From the NCBI RefSeq assembly GCF_056712565.1, contig NZ_CM160072.1: a stretch of DNA of 64,000 nt. One strand, given 5' to 3'. A model generated the notes under the pieces. The model was given only the letters and a program-made list of their open reading frames with translations. It was not told the origin of the DNA and made no database searches. Numbering within the stretch: position 1 is the first letter of the stretch; the number at the start of each line of letters is the position of its first letter. A program made the translations under genes and the position numbers. Shown piece by piece: positions 36,652-47,662 of this stretch.

Positions 36652-39204
36652 TTATTTACCTAGCATGAACTGCGATGGTGGGATCAGAAAGTCGTTCCCC
36701 TGCTCACGCTCAACACGGCGCTGATAACGCTCAAGAGAGCCTGGGTCAAGGGCATCTTGTATCCGGTTCAATATTAAACCATTCATCGCCGTACGAAGCC
36801 AGAACACGTTGAGGAATGGCGTATTGTCAAGTGCCGTGCGATACCAGTCACCCAAATCTGCATCCCCTCTCGTGGTCTGCTGGAGCAGCGTGATAATGCT
36901 GTCAGCGTTCGATGCTGCTGGCCCCATTAGCGACGTAACCGGCCCGGCCCCCATGCGGTTGACCTCACCAAACATGAAGTCACCCAAGATGCCAAGACCG
37001 CCCCCCTGAGATGCGGCTGCGAGAAACGTCTTGGCATCTGCCGGGCGTGGTGTTTGCCCTTTCAGCATGAGTTTTGACTGCATGGAGATATAACCAAACA
37101 TAGTCGCCCAGACAAAGAGGTTTGCAGCACCAAGGAAAGCCCCCTTCCCGTTACGTAGCAGCGCATTCGTCAGCGATCCGGTTTTCGACTCACCAAGCCC
37201 AGCAGGAATATAACCACGCCCGAATACTTCGCGTCCTAGTACGTTCTGCATGAAGCTTGCAGTGAACGATTTGTACTGACCAGCGAATCGTATTGCTTCC
37301 CCAGCCACCGTTCCTGGCACCGTGCCCATCTTCATAAACGCCTGCGTGCGATCGCCAGGCTCTGACATGGCGATATTCAGACGGTCAAGGATGTAGCCGC
37401 GCAACTGCCCTTCCAATTGATCGCGTGCGTCAGCGATAGCGCGCTGCGTTGGTTTGATCCCCTTACTCTCTACATAACCGGCAATCACTTCGTCAGGCAC
37501 GCCGCGGATGCCGCTGGTCGTCATGAACTTACGACCTTCGCTATCGGCCATGTCCATGTTGCGAAAAATTTCCCACTCACGTTCGCCAATACCGTGCAGA
37601 TCCAGCACGCGTCGCAGGTCTTCCGGTAGCCGCGCATGAGACTGGTCAGCATTCTTTGCAAGCCAGTTGGTTATCATCATGGCGTTGCTGTTGCGACCGC
37701 TCTCGGTCCAGAAGTTCATGAGGTTGTACTTAAAGAAAAGCTGCTGCGCGCGACCAAGCTTTCCATTCAGCGTGTCATCACCAGATATGCGCCGGATGAT
37801 TTCCTGCGTCATGGAGTCGGAATAAACTCCGATAGAGGAAAGGATCTCTTTCTGCTCCGCGCTGTTGTAACGCGTGAAGCGGCCTCTCATAGCACCAAGC
37901 AACGCCTGCATAAAATTCTGCCCTTGGTAGCGCATCTCGGTAGCGGCGATAGGCACGTCGTTAAACGATGAGATTACCGCGCCACCAAGTTGGCTCATAC
38001 GCAACCAGCCGCGTACAGCCGCCGACGCATTGGCCCAGCCTACGCTGCCAGGAATATTTAGCGAGCCGTCAACCTGCGGCATTACGGTACGGTTAATGCG
38101 ACGCACCTTCGTCATGTAGTCAGCCAACGCTGCCGGTCTTCCGGATTTGCTGATATCTTCAGCAATGGCGTCCGTCAGGTACTTAAACATGTTCTGTGGG
38201 TTAGTGCCCAGTACGCGCATCATGCCCGTTGTGCGGGCAGCGCTGTTTAAGCCACCAAACAGCGCTTCTCGCAGGCTGCCGGTGCCGAATTGCTGGTTGT
38301 ACTCGTGCCACGAGATACCATCTTTGAAGTGCAAAATTCGCTCTTGGCTGGCGCGTTTAGCTGCGTTCGCCGATCCCTTAAAGCCATTCATCCAATCGGG
38401 CTTTTCAGATGTAAGATGCACGCCGGAAGCCAGCCCGTTATAAATGTTACGCATGAACTGCTCGCGGTCAGCCACGCCGTCAAAAGTGCGCTCATCAAGG
38501 CGCGGGAGAATAGCATTTCGCCATGCTTCATAACCTGCGGCGCGGATCTTCATGATGTCGTGTGACTGGCGCACTATATAGCCCGGCTCTTTGCGTATCC
38601 ATGCCCCGGCGCGGTTCTCATCAATGCGCGCAGTTTCCTGCCATTTCATGATGATTTGTGCAGCGCTTACGGATTGCTTTGTCATACCGTCAGTTGACTG
38701 CCCGCGCCCTATGCGCCACATTGCATCGGCAATTTCCCGGTCATTGCTGCCGCTGGCGATGAATTGCACCAGCCCGGCACGGTCAAAATCGTAGTTGATA
38801 CCGGAATGATACTTGCCGCGCAGTTGCGCCACCTCCGAAGATACCGACCGGCGGGCGCCGGTACGCGCATCGTTGCGGCCAACCAGCATTGCTTCAAGCC
38901 CGATATCCGGGCGGTCTTTCCAGATAGTACGAAGCTCTCTAAGTCGTTGTGCGGCAATACGGGCGTCGATTGCCTTATTGCGAGCCTCAATCTGTTTTGC
39001 CAGCATATCGGCATTGCTCAGTTCTTCCGCTGCGCGCATCGCGGCCTCTTCCAGAGACAGCGCCTCATTGGTCGCCAGAATTCGCCTAGTGGTGTCGTTC
39101 ATGTCACGCACCAGCGACTCCATCTCATCGGAAGAAAGCTCGCGACCAGCGGCAGCATTTACACTGCGCTCGCACTGCGTCAAAAATTCGTTTGCTGCCA
39201 TCAC
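36652..39204 (-). CDS. Large internal virion / DNA-ejection protein (850 aa)
   Basis: Position between tail-tube-like genes and tailspike; overlapping starts/stops with neighbours. Confidence 0.55.
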   Translation of the reverse strand: MMAANEFLTQCERSVNAAAGRELSSDEMESLVRDMNDTTRRILATNEALSLEEAAMRAAEELSNADMLAKQIEARNKAIDARIAAQRLRELRTIWKDRPDIGLEAMLVGRNDARTGARRSVSSEVAQLRGKYHSGINYDFDRAGLVQFIASGSNDREIADAMWRIGRGQSTDGMTKQSVSAAQIIMKWQETARIDENRAGAWIRKEPGYIVRQSHDIMKIRAAGYEAWRNAILPRLDERTFDGVADREQFMRNIYNGLASGVHLTSEKPDWMNGFKGSANAAKRASQERILHFKDGISWHEYNQQFGTGSLREALFGGLNSAARTTGMMRVLGTNPQNMFKYLTDAIAEDISKSGRPAALADYMTKVRRINRTVMPQVDGSLNIPGSVGWANASAAVRGWLRMSQLGGAVISSFNDVPIAATEMRYQGQNFMQALLGAMRGRFTRYNSAEQKEILSSIGVYSDSMTQEIIRRISGDDTLNGKLGRAQQLFFKYNLMNFWTESGRNSNAMMITNWLAKNADQSHARLPEDLRRVLDLHGIGEREWEIFRNMDMADSEGRKFMTTSGIRGVPDEVIAGYVESKGIKPTQRAIADARDQLEGQLRGYILDRLNIAMSEPGDRTQAFMKMGTVPGTVAGEAIRFAGQYKSFTASFMQNVLGREVFGRGYIPAGLGESKTGSLTNALLRNGKGAFLGAANLFVWATMFGYISMQSKLMLKGQTPRPADAKTFLAAASQGGGLGILGDFMFGEVNRMGAGPVTSLMGPAASNADSIITLLQQTTRGDADLGDWYRTALDNTPFLNVFWLRTAMNGLILNRIQDALDPGSLERYQRRVEREQGNDFLIPPSQFMLGK

Positions 39205-40898
39205 ATCCCCCGGTTAATCATACAGGCGGCAAATGCCCGGAAAGCGTTGCTCATGCTATTGTCGCTGGCGTCGGCACGAATATCATTGAGTTTCTGGCGC
39301 AACGTGGTCGCAAGATCAGGGTTATCGACAGCGATATCGTCAAGCAGGGCGTTACTCAGGTTGAGCTCGTTATCAAGGTCTGCAGCGGCAGCGGTAATTT
39401 CATGATCTGCCTTTTGCGTTTCTTGATAAACCCGATCGGCTGTTTCGCTTGCTGGGCGAGCCGTTTCATCAACCTGCCGTGCCGGGTTCTGTATGCGATG
39501 GATGGCGCGTTCACGCAGTGCTGGTTTGTGCAGTTCATAGAAGGGCTCAACATCTGGGCTACGTCCTTCCATCATGTGTGCCAGCGCAGCGCGATACGCC
39601 TGCTGGTTCACGTTCCAGTCAGCATCCCTGATGGCGCTTGCGGCAGTGCGAACTGCGCCAGCGACCGGCGACATCTGCATGCCGTCCAGGATCTGCTGCG
39701 CACGCTCGGAAATGGTGACTTTCAGGTCGTCGGGGATCTCGCCGCGGGAAATCTGAGACTGGCGCCAGCGCGCCTGCTCTGCTGTCGCGTTCTGCTCCAG
39801 CGATGTGTTGATCTCCTGATTGCGTGCAGCGATGGCGTCTTTCTCGGCCTGAATCTCTTTCAGTGCCCTAGAGCGCGCATCCTTAAACTTCATCCGCTGC
39901 CCCTGATACTTTTTGGTGCGCTGCTGCAGCGTCGCATCAAGCGAGTCAGCATGACGTTGATTAGCCGCAAGCTCGGCACGCAGGTCGGCAACGTTACCGA
40001 TCTGCCCGCTCTGTAACTCCTGCTGGCGCGCCATATAGTCAGGAACCACGTCGTCATAAGCCCGGCTGTATGCGTAGCTCTCCGCTTCACTGGAAATGGC
40101 CGCCGCCAGATCTGCGTTAGCGCCAACCTCAGGGATATTCACGCCCGCCGGAATGTTGTCAGGCGTTATCACCGGGGTTGGCTGCGCATCGCCAGAAAAC
40201 GCCGGGGACTCTCCCGTTGCAGCATCGGGAACGCGACGCGGTCGCACGATATCGGCGATAAGGCCGCCGCCGGCATGCATTAGACCGCCAGCCATCGTGT
40301 TAAAGAAAGTACTTTCCAACGCGTTGCTATAGGTGAAGTCGTCACCTTCCGCCGCCGCTGCCAGCCCGGTAAGCGGCACGGTCACCAACGCCTGCGCTGC
40401 CCCCATGCGTGCACCAGCAACAAATCGCTCGCCAAATCGGCCAAGCACAGAAGCCGCCTTTGCTTCTCCAGCGAACGGAACCAGCGCCAGCGCCACGTTA
40501 CCAGGATCTGCCATTGAACCAGCTAGGCTGGCTGCGAAATTAAGCGGCGTGGCTACCCACCCGCTCGGTGCCGACATCGCGATCTGCTGGCGTGCCAGAG
40601 AATCTTTGCGTTCGGCAATAACATGATCGAGAAAAGCCTGCGTAACGCCAGAATCTGGCACGTTTATGCTCTTTACGCCGTACTGCTTCAGGAGCTCATC
40701 CGCTTCCTGCTTACTGATAACTGTAGAGTTTGGGTCATTCGCCAGCGAGTCGGCCTGCGCAAAGCGGTAGCCGGACATGACCGGCCCCTCTTCAAATCCC
40801 TGCTTAAGGGAAGAAAGCAGCGATTCGCCAAGCCCTGCTGGCGCGTTGCCAATTGGCTGGTTAATTCCCTGTCCCGGATCATCTGTGTAAATTGGCAT
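39201..40898 (-). CDS. Internal virion / ejection protein (565 aa)
   Basis: Ala/Gly-rich with coiled-coil C-terminus; coupled to flanking genes. Confidence 0.55.
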   Translation of the reverse strand: MPIYTDDPGQGINQPIGNAPAGLGESLLSSLKQGFEEGPVMSGYRFAQADSLANDPNSTVISKQEADELLKQYGVKSINVPDSGVTQAFLDHVIAERKDSLARQQIAMSAPSGWVATPLNFAASLAGSMADPGNVALALVPFAGEAKAASVLGRFGERFVAGARMGAAQALVTVPLTGLAAAAEGDDFTYSNALESTFFNTMAGGLMHAGGGLIADIVRPRRVPDAATGESPAFSGDAQPTPVITPDNIPAGVNIPEVGANADLAAAISSEAESYAYSRAYDDVVPDYMARQQELQSGQIGNVADLRAELAANQRHADSLDATLQQRTKKYQGQRMKFKDARSRALKEIQAEKDAIAARNQEINTSLEQNATAEQARWRQSQISRGEIPDDLKVTISERAQQILDGMQMSPVAGAVRTAASAIRDADWNVNQQAYRAALAHMMEGRSPDVEPFYELHKPALRERAIHRIQNPARQVDETARPASETADRVYQETQKADHEITAAAADLDNELNLSNALLDDIAVDNPDLATTLRQKLNDIRADASDNSMSNAFRAFAACMINRGM

Positions 40899-40899
40899 G

Positions 40900-43521
40900 T
40901 TATCGTCCTGATTGCTGGCCGTTCTGGAAAATGTTAATCAGGTTGTCGCGCTGACTTTCTGCGCTGTATTCCTTAGACTGTCCGGGAGTATATTTCACCG
41001 GAGTATCAATGAACTTGGTAATGCTGTTCCATACTGATCGGTTGGTTGTTCCCAGTTTCGCCAGATCGTTGAACGGCACCGTAATCGGGTTGCCGTCGGC
41101 ACCGTTGACGATCAGCCCGTTGAGCATCAGGGTAAGTCCTGTTTCGTCGCTGTTGGTAACCCACTGCGCATTATCACGAATGCGGGAGATACTCTGCTCA
41201 CGGTTGACCTCATCAGGTAGCCTTGGGTCACCAATAAGCGGCATAATCTGATCTGCTGACAGGTTTTTCAGATACGCATTGGCACCATCGTTAACGTCAC
41301 GAATATCTATCCCTGCACGCTTAGGTAGCCGCCAAGTGCCATTGGTCTGGTACTGCTCGCCGAGGATGTCCTGATACGCCTGTTTTGCTGCATCAGACGC
41401 CGACATTCCGCGCTGCATGTTGATGTAAGTAAGTCGTTTTCCCTGCTCGTTGAAGTTATTCCACACGGCAGTGCCACCAGGCTGAACAACCATCGTGCAA
41501 GCAAAATCTTTCGATTGGTCATTCCATGACGAGTCGGCGCTATCCGCGTCGGTTTTCTCAAGACTGCCGCGTAAGTCAGCAGTTTTAACGCTACGGTTTT
41601 GCCAGAGCGCATTTGCCGCGCGCGGGTTCTCGGTAGCCATGACAACCTGCAACGCAGGATAAGCGCTCTTCTGAACCTGCTGCATCACCTGATCCGAGTA
41701 TTTGCCGAACGACTGCGCCACCGACTGAATGGCCTTTACGCTAGATTCCTGCGTGTTGTCAATACGCTGCAGTACGTCGTGGACCATGGACTCCGGTAAA
41801 ACTTTTTTGCTCATTATCCCCAGGCGGTCTTTTTCAGACTGTATGCGGGAAACTAGGTATTCACCAGATGAAGGGTCATTCAGGTACTGCTGGAATGCAG
41901 CCTGCACAACCGGAGAGTTTTGTTGCAGCCATGCCCCCGGATCCGCTTCCCGCGCCTTCAGTACCTGCCCAAGCTTGACCTTTGCCGATGCATAAAGCTC
42001 TGCTTTGTATTTAAAGTCAGGGTCGTTTTCCTGCGGTGCCATTGCCTGCACGGCGGCGGTACCCTGCTGGACGTTGCCCTGCATAATGGTCTGATAAACA
42101 GGTTGTAGCGTCATTGCCTGCTGGTATTGCTGGAAGGTTTTTTCCATCTGCAGGCGCTCGGCAGGCGCTGCCTGAAGCGGCATAACGGCGGCCCATTCGT
42201 GCGCTGAAATAGGCGTCACCTGCTTACCGGCCTCAATTTTGGATAGGTCGTCCTGCATTCGACTCTGTAGCGCAACGCGACCGGCTGAAGCCTGCATGTC
42301 GTACATGCCAGCAACCTTGCTCATCATCTGCGACTTTTTGTCCGGACTCATGGCGTTCCAGAATGGCTGTGCGATGAGGTTTTCCATCGTCGCAGATCCA
42401 GGAATAGCTCCAGCACTGCCAGTTACTTTTGCCACATAATTGCGCGTCTCGTCGTATGGGATAGCTGCGGCAAACTGGGCGTTACTGACTTCGCCTGTGC
42501 GCGGATCGCCAATCTGTTTAATCCAGCCGTCAACCTTTCCTGGGCCAGCGTTATAGGCAGCTACTGCCAGAACCGGGTTATTGTCGTATTTCTTCATCTG
42601 CGCGCCGAAATAAGCTTGCCCCAAGCGGGCATTATAGCGCGGGTCATTCAACCATTTATCTCGGTCCCACGGCACGCCAGCAAGGCGGGCAGCTTCGGGG
42701 CCAGTATCTTCCGTCACCTGCGCTACGCCAACAGCGCCTTTTGGCGACACCAGAGGTGTTCCGTCCTTTCCGTACTGATTTCCGCCACTCTCCTGCCAGA
42801 TTATTGCAGAGAATAACTGCGCCTCACTCGGTGTATCGGTTACCTCAATCTTGCCGTTCGGACCCATCATCTGTTGATACATCGGCACATACCACGCCTC
42901 CGCCGCACCGTTCGCGGCATTCTCGCGCCACGAAACCCAGTTCTGTTCGATCTCTTCCTGACTCTGGCCGTGGGCTTCGCCGTAAGCGATGATGCTATGA
43001 TATGCCTTCAATCCTGCCTGGTTTGCCATTGTCGGGTTACGGAACTGCATCGATAGGTTTTTTAGTGTCGCATCCTGCATATCCGCCTCATACTGGCGAA
43101 CCTGTCCTATTTCGTACCTCCCGGCCTGCGTAGCGAACTGAATACGCTGCTGCTGCGCCTGCTGCATGAAAGCATTACGAGCCTGTTCATCCGGCAGCGA
43201 CATAGCCAGTTGTTCGATCTGAGCATCAAACTGCTGTGTATACTCATGGCCTTTTCCAATAGCATTTTTCCCTTTCAGGTTAAGCAATCCTGTTTCAGGA
43301 TTATTCAGCAGATCGCTGCTTATCTGACTGAGGTTAAGAGATGCCTCCTGAGCCAGAGCGATATTGGCACGCTGTTTTGCCTGCCCCAAAACATCAATTG
43401 CCTCTGTCCCTGCCCGAACAAAAGCATCACCAATACCTGGCTGAGAAAACGTCTGCAAGCCTGCTGACTGAACTCCACGACTCTCAACCTGACGTCCGGA
43501 TACTGTTGGTACGACTGGCAT
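40900..43521 (-). CDS. Internal virion protein with lytic transglycosylase (SLT) domain
   Basis: WQESGGNQ...AYNAGPG motifs; start ATG 43521 with RBS GGAGG overlapping upstream stop. Confidence 0.7.
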   Translation of the reverse strand: MPVVPTVSGRQVESRGVQSAGLQTFSQPGIGDAFVRAGTEAIDVLGQAKQRANIALAQEASLNLSQISSDLLNNPETGLLNLKGKNAIGKGHEYTQQFDAQIEQLAMSLPDEQARNAFMQQAQQQRIQFATQAGRYEIGQVRQYEADMQDATLKNLSMQFRNPTMANQAGLKAYHSIIAYGEAHGQSQEEIEQNWVSWRENAANGAAEAWYVPMYQQMMGPNGKIEVTDTPSEAQLFSAIIWQESGGNQYGKDGTPLVSPKGAVGVAQVTEDTGPEAARLAGVPWDRDKWLNDPRYNARLGQAYFGAQMKKYDNNPVLAVAAYNAGPGKVDGWIKQIGDPRTGEVSNAQFAAAIPYDETRNYVAKVTGSAGAIPGSATMENLIAQPFWNAMSPDKKSQMMSKVAGMYDMQASAGRVALQSRMQDDLSKIEAGKQVTPISAHEWAAVMPLQAAPAERLQMEKTFQQYQQAMTLQPVYQTIMQGNVQQGTAAVQAMAPQENDPDFKYKAELYASAKVKLGQVLKAREADPGAWLQQNSPVVQAAFQQYLNDPSSGEYLVSRIQSEKDRLGIMSKKVLPESMVHDVLQRIDNTQESSVKAIQSVAQSFGKYSDQVMQQVQKSAYPALQVVMATENPRAANALWQNRSVKTADLRGSLEKTDADSADSSWNDQSKDFACTMVVQPGGTAVWNNFNEQGKRLTYINMQRGMSASDAAKQAYQDILGEQYQTNGTWRLPKRAGIDIRDVNDGANAYLKNLSADQIMPLIGDPRLPDEVNREQSISRIRDNAQWVTNSDETGLTLMLNGLIVNGADGNPITVPFNDLAKLGTTNRSVWNSITKFIDTPVKYTPGQSKEYSAESQRDNLINIFQNGQQSGR

Positions 43522-44066
43522 TATAATCCTCCGGGTAATCTGGTTCCTGCTGCTGCCCCGATTGGCGCAGGAGTGCTTTGAGTAAACGGACTCCACGTCC
43601 CACCAAACATCTGGTACGCACCGTATGCCTTCAGAGGCGCAGTGAGCAATGTTGTTGCTGCTCCCACATTCCCCTGTTTACGGGCTGAACTGGCTTCTGC
43701 TTTATAGTTGGCAGCCTGAACCTGATAACCGTAAGCCTCGCGTTGCGCGTTATTCACCGTCGTCAGAGAATCAAGAGCGCCAAACTGGGCAGTGTCGCCA
43801 AATATATCCAGCGCGTTACCTGTAGATAAATCAGCGCCGGTAGCCCCCATTGTCGCCGCCTGTGTACCAAGCCGCTGTCGGGTCTCTCTGCGCCGTTGCT
43901 CAGCTTCAGCGTTACCTCTGTTTATTGCATCATTTGCCTGAGCTGTGGCTATATCTGCGTTCGCTTCTGCAACCTTCGAGGCATACTTTCCCTGTTGGTA
44001 CTGGGTGTATGCCTGAATGCCACTCATGGCGAGCATTGCGCCACCAGCAATAACCGGATCGCACAT
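43521..44066 (-). CDS. Virion structural protein (181 aa)
   Basis: In-operon ORF with coupled start. Confidence 0.5.
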   Translation of the reverse strand: MCDPVIAGGAMLAMSGIQAYTQYQQGKYASKVAEANADIATAQANDAINRGNAEAEQRRRETRQRLGTQAATMGATGADLSTGNALDIFGDTAQFGALDSLTTVNNAQREAYGYQVQAANYKAEASSARKQGNVGAATTLLTAPLKAYGAYQMFGGTWSPFTQSTPAPIGAAAGTRLPGGL

Positions 44067-44530
44067 TATTTTCTCTCCATGTGAAATCTGTGGAAATTAA
44101 GACCAAGAGCACCATAAGGCGCGGCTTCTTCAAGCCTGAATCCAAGCCAGTGCAGCCATGCTTTGGCAACATGGTTTCGCTCGTCGACATAGTTTTCCAG
44201 GCGCGGATAAACTGCCAGCATCTGCTGCAATACAGGGAGGCAGTGGCGAAGAAATGTCTTCTGATATTTTTCAATACGGCTGGTTCCTACCAGCCAGGGC
44301 GTACCATTGCCACCGATCATTGACGCCGGAGATACGCCAAACATGGTTACCAGTTCTCCGTTCGCAAATCCTGACCAGGCCATAGTCGCAGTACGCAGAC
44401 CAACACGCAGCGCATCTTCGGTAGTCATCAGTGATACCGCATACAGTTCGTCAATATCAGCCTGACGAACATCCGGCAAAATCATCTGAAGATGCTCTTC
44501 GGTTGCGGGAATAATTTGAACATCGACCAT
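44066..44530 (-). CDS. Virion structural protein (154 aa)
   Basis: In-operon ORF with coupled start. Confidence 0.5.
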   Translation of the reverse strand: MVDVQIIPATEEHLQMILPDVRQADIDELYAVSLMTTEDALRVGLRTATMAWSGFANGELVTMFGVSPASMIGGNGTPWLVGTSRIEKYQKTFLRHCLPVLQQMLAVYPRLENYVDERNHVAKAWLHWLGFRLEEAAPYGALGLNFHRFHMERK

Positions 44531-47001
44531 CAGAATCCCCCAACAGTAAGGCGAGGAATAACGGCAAGAACAGACAGCGGCAACGGATCAAGCTGACGGA
44601 TTTTTACACGTCCGTTTTTGCCCCAGTTACTGTCCAGTTTCACTTCTACTTTTCCGGTAGCATCATCAACAGGATCATCGTAGAACTCGAATTCACGCTG
44701 TGGATATTCGTACCATTTACCGCCGGGCGTAGTCGCCCAGATGCCGCGACTGGCATTCACAACCAGAGTAACGGACGGGATCACCTGTTTTTTGTCCAGC
44801 AGCGTTTCCTGTCCGTTAATGTTGATATCCAGTGTTTCGAATTCAGCAGTTATTGGCAGGCCGATGTGCACAACAGCCCCAGGTGATTCCAGCGTGACGG
44901 CACCTCCGGAAACCACTTTCTGTGGTTCCACGTTCGCATCAGAGAGGATGTTTACGGTCTGGCCTTCAAGATGAGACAAGCCGCCAAATGTCCGGCGCGC
45001 CATCTGCCAGTTCGTGGTGGCCACATTCCTGAGGGATGGCGGGACGTTCCTGTTAGCACGAACCACTACAGCGGTATTGCTGGTTACAGAAATAATGTCG
45101 CAACGTAATTCTTTTGACACCTCATCGCCAGTATCAGGATCAGTTCCGGTATAAGGGAACTGTAGTTGCGCGCCGACATCACTACTGGTGAAGTACGCAC
45201 CACCAGAAACACTGATTGTATATTCCGCGCGGTAATCCCATTCGCCAGAACCACCAGTGATGGTCATCGTTCTGTCAGACGTATTTCTTCCATCATAGCT
45301 AAGGCCAGAATCAACAAAGAAAGCATCTTCATCGCTGGTAAATAAACGGCTGGACAGTCGCTCGATGTATCTCACTGTTTGCCCGTTAACGGTTCGGTTA
45401 ATGACGAAATACACCGCATCTTCATTGCCTTCGCTGATACTGCATGTGCTTTCATATTTTCCGGTACTGGACTGTGGTGCCCATGCAAAAACCTGTTGAT
45501 CACGCAAATAGGTCATCACCAGTAATTTACCGTCATCACGAATGCAGAAGGCGCTGGAGTAAGGGACTATCGAGAAGCACCAGTCAACAATGCTGTGCTT
45601 CTGAAAAAGATGATTGGCAAGGATGGTCAGGTCGTTCCCCTGATAGCCGTCAACATCGAATGAGTAGGCCAGATCACGGACAACGCTGCCTTTCTCCTGG
45701 ACGAACAGAGCAATATTCGCCACGGCAATTGGCGGGACGTTGCTTGAGCCATTTGATCCCTGAGAGCTGAATGCAAATGATGATGGGGTTAACACTTTGT
45801 TCTGGTCGCCGGTGATGACGTACTCACCTCCGGAAGTCAGCGCCACCAGCGAACCGACATCAATCAGGTGGCGGATCTCATTAACCTGACGCCCGGCATA
45901 GGTGTAGATAATTCTGTCGTCATCCTGCGTAGGATTGCTTTTGCCAAAATCCTTATAATCCCCGGTACGGCTGGCCCAGATAGTCTGAGGAAACGCAGTC
46001 GATGCGGCGAAGTAAAGACGTTGTTGATAATAAACAACAGTGCCAGGATAACCATTAACACTGTTCCAGGCATATTTAGCCCATTTATAGCTGGCATTAT
46101 CCTCGCCAACTACCTGCGAAGGGATATAGGAAATCACCTCGGCAGTTGCAGTAGTTCCATTTGCAGCAGAGATACGGGCAATGCCAAAACCACTGTGCAG
46201 ATACTCCCACTCAATGCCGGTATCATCATCACCGGATCCGCCCCAGCCATCCCATGATGTGCCTTCTGTATGCGAAGGGCGCAAAGTGCCTGTTTTGCCT
46301 ACTGTAACGGCGCGATAGTAGTTACTGTCTGCACGGCGAATATCGCCAATTGACGTACTCTTACTGGTTTCCCATACCGGCACAGAATCCACTGCAGGCT
46401 GTTCCAGATAGAACAATTTGCCTACCTGCTCCGCGCCAAAAATAGAGGCGCTTGCCGTTAACGTAATTGTCCCGGTGCTGGCGCTGGCATAAACCGTCAC
46501 TGACTCGTCAATATTGATATCTTCAAATGGTCCGTTCTTCGTTACCACATCAACCAGTTGCCAGTTGTCATGCGCATAGCGACGCAACTCTTTCGGCGGG
46601 TATGCCGGATGAACAAGCGTAAGCACGTCGGCGCTTTGCGTGAATTTAATTCGGAACAGATCGGCTTCAGTATATGGCGTGGAAATTTCATAAATAACAT
46701 TGCTGCTGTTCAGCACCAACGCACCATCTTTGATAACGCGCATGTACTGGTGTCCGAACTCCAGAGCATAAGTCTGAACCGTCGAGAACTGGAACGGGAT
46801 CAGGCGGCATTTCCGATTTGGGTATTTGGCGGCACCGACAAAACGCGTACCAGGTCGATTCTCAACTCCGCCATACTGCCGCACGATAAAGTTATCGCAC
46901 TTGCGCAATGCCACCTGGTACTTCGCCATGTCAATACGACCGTACAACGACGGTCCAATCTCACCACCGGCAAAGCTGGGCTGGATCCAACTGATAGCCA
47001 T
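44530..47001 (-). CDS. Tail tube/nozzle-like structural protein (823 aa)
   Basis: Large beta-rich protein after head-completion genes. Confidence 0.55.
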   Translation of the reverse strand: MAISWIQPSFAGGEIGPSLYGRIDMAKYQVALRKCDNFIVRQYGGVENRPGTRFVGAAKYPNRKCRLIPFQFSTVQTYALEFGHQYMRVIKDGALVLNSSNVIYEISTPYTEADLFRIKFTQSADVLTLVHPAYPPKELRRYAHDNWQLVDVVTKNGPFEDINIDESVTVYASASTGTITLTASASIFGAEQVGKLFYLEQPAVDSVPVWETSKSTSIGDIRRADSNYYRAVTVGKTGTLRPSHTEGTSWDGWGGSGDDDTGIEWEYLHSGFGIARISAANGTTATAEVISYIPSQVVGEDNASYKWAKYAWNSVNGYPGTVVYYQQRLYFAASTAFPQTIWASRTGDYKDFGKSNPTQDDDRIIYTYAGRQVNEIRHLIDVGSLVALTSGGEYVITGDQNKVLTPSSFAFSSQGSNGSSNVPPIAVANIALFVQEKGSVVRDLAYSFDVDGYQGNDLTILANHLFQKHSIVDWCFSIVPYSSAFCIRDDGKLLVMTYLRDQQVFAWAPQSSTGKYESTCSISEGNEDAVYFVINRTVNGQTVRYIERLSSRLFTSDEDAFFVDSGLSYDGRNTSDRTMTITGGSGEWDYRAEYTISVSGGAYFTSSDVGAQLQFPYTGTDPDTGDEVSKELRCDIISVTSNTAVVVRANRNVPPSLRNVATTNWQMARRTFGGLSHLEGQTVNILSDANVEPQKVVSGGAVTLESPGAVVHIGLPITAEFETLDININGQETLLDKKQVIPSVTLVVNASRGIWATTPGGKWYEYPQREFEFYDDPVDDATGKVEVKLDSNWGKNGRVKIRQLDPLPLSVLAVIPRLTVGGF

Positions 47002-47606
47002 CAGGACAACCTCGCAATGGTAAACTCGTCAACCGGTGGCAGTGGTTCCTGTGATTCATTCTGGCTATGCGAGCCAGCACTAAGAATCACGCGATTGTAC
47101 ATATTGAGGGCAAACGTACCGAGGTCTGCATTCCCAGTCAGCGCCATGTTAATAGCTGCCGCAAGACGCCAGGCCAACGCCTCCATAAAAATGGCATCAA
47201 ACATGTTCACATCTGTAACGCGAGATACATACTTGAGCCATGCCTGCGGCTGGTCTGTGTAGATCAACTTTCCTGTTCCGTTGGTGTCTGCACCAACTTC
47301 GTACTGAACGCGCATTGCTGCTGTTGGATTGCGTACACCAGGAAGCATAATTTCAGTAATGCGCAGACAATCGGACGGGTACTGGTACGCATATTCCCAG
47401 TCAGGCGGTGGATTGCTCGTATCTGCAAGCGCCACGCGTTTGGTAGCAAAGTTCCAGTCAAAATCAGAAAGCACAGCATCACGGCAGGCCTCAAAGTGCA
47501 GCGAACATTCCCCCGCTTCCTTGCTGGCTTCCGTCAGGCTGTTAATACTGCGGCTGTTGCCAATATTGGACAGCGCACGATTGCAGATCTCTACTACAGA
47601 GGCCAT
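47001..47606 (-). CDS. Head-tail adaptor-like protein (201 aa)
   Basis: Position between capsid module and tail tube-like gene. Confidence 0.45.
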   Translation of the reverse strand: MASVVEICNRALSNIGNSRSINSLTEASKEAGECSLHFEACRDAVLSDFDWNFATKRVALADTSNPPPDWEYAYQYPSDCLRITEIMLPGVRNPTAAMRVQYEVGADTNGTGKLIYTDQPQAWLKYVSRVTDVNMFDAIFMEALAWRLAAAINMALTGNADLGTFALNMYNRVILSAGSHSQNESQEPLPPVDEFTIARLS

Positions 47607-47630
47607 AAGTTTCTATACTCCTGCAATAAA

Positions 47631-47644
47631 GGGGCCGAAGCCCC
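47631..47644 (-). terminator. Intra-operon hairpin / partial terminator
   Basis: GGGGC-cgaa-GCCCC; minus strand followed by TTTATT. Confidence 0.35.
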
Positions 47645-47662
47645 TTGTCTGATTCGCGAGGC

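Noticed and set aside
36652-47001. Many 60-230-aa ORFs on the plus strand inside the large virion genes (for example 38764..39405, 39192..40016, 46558..47262)
   Set aside because: All antisense to long, tightly coupled minus-strand structural genes; typical shadow ORFs.
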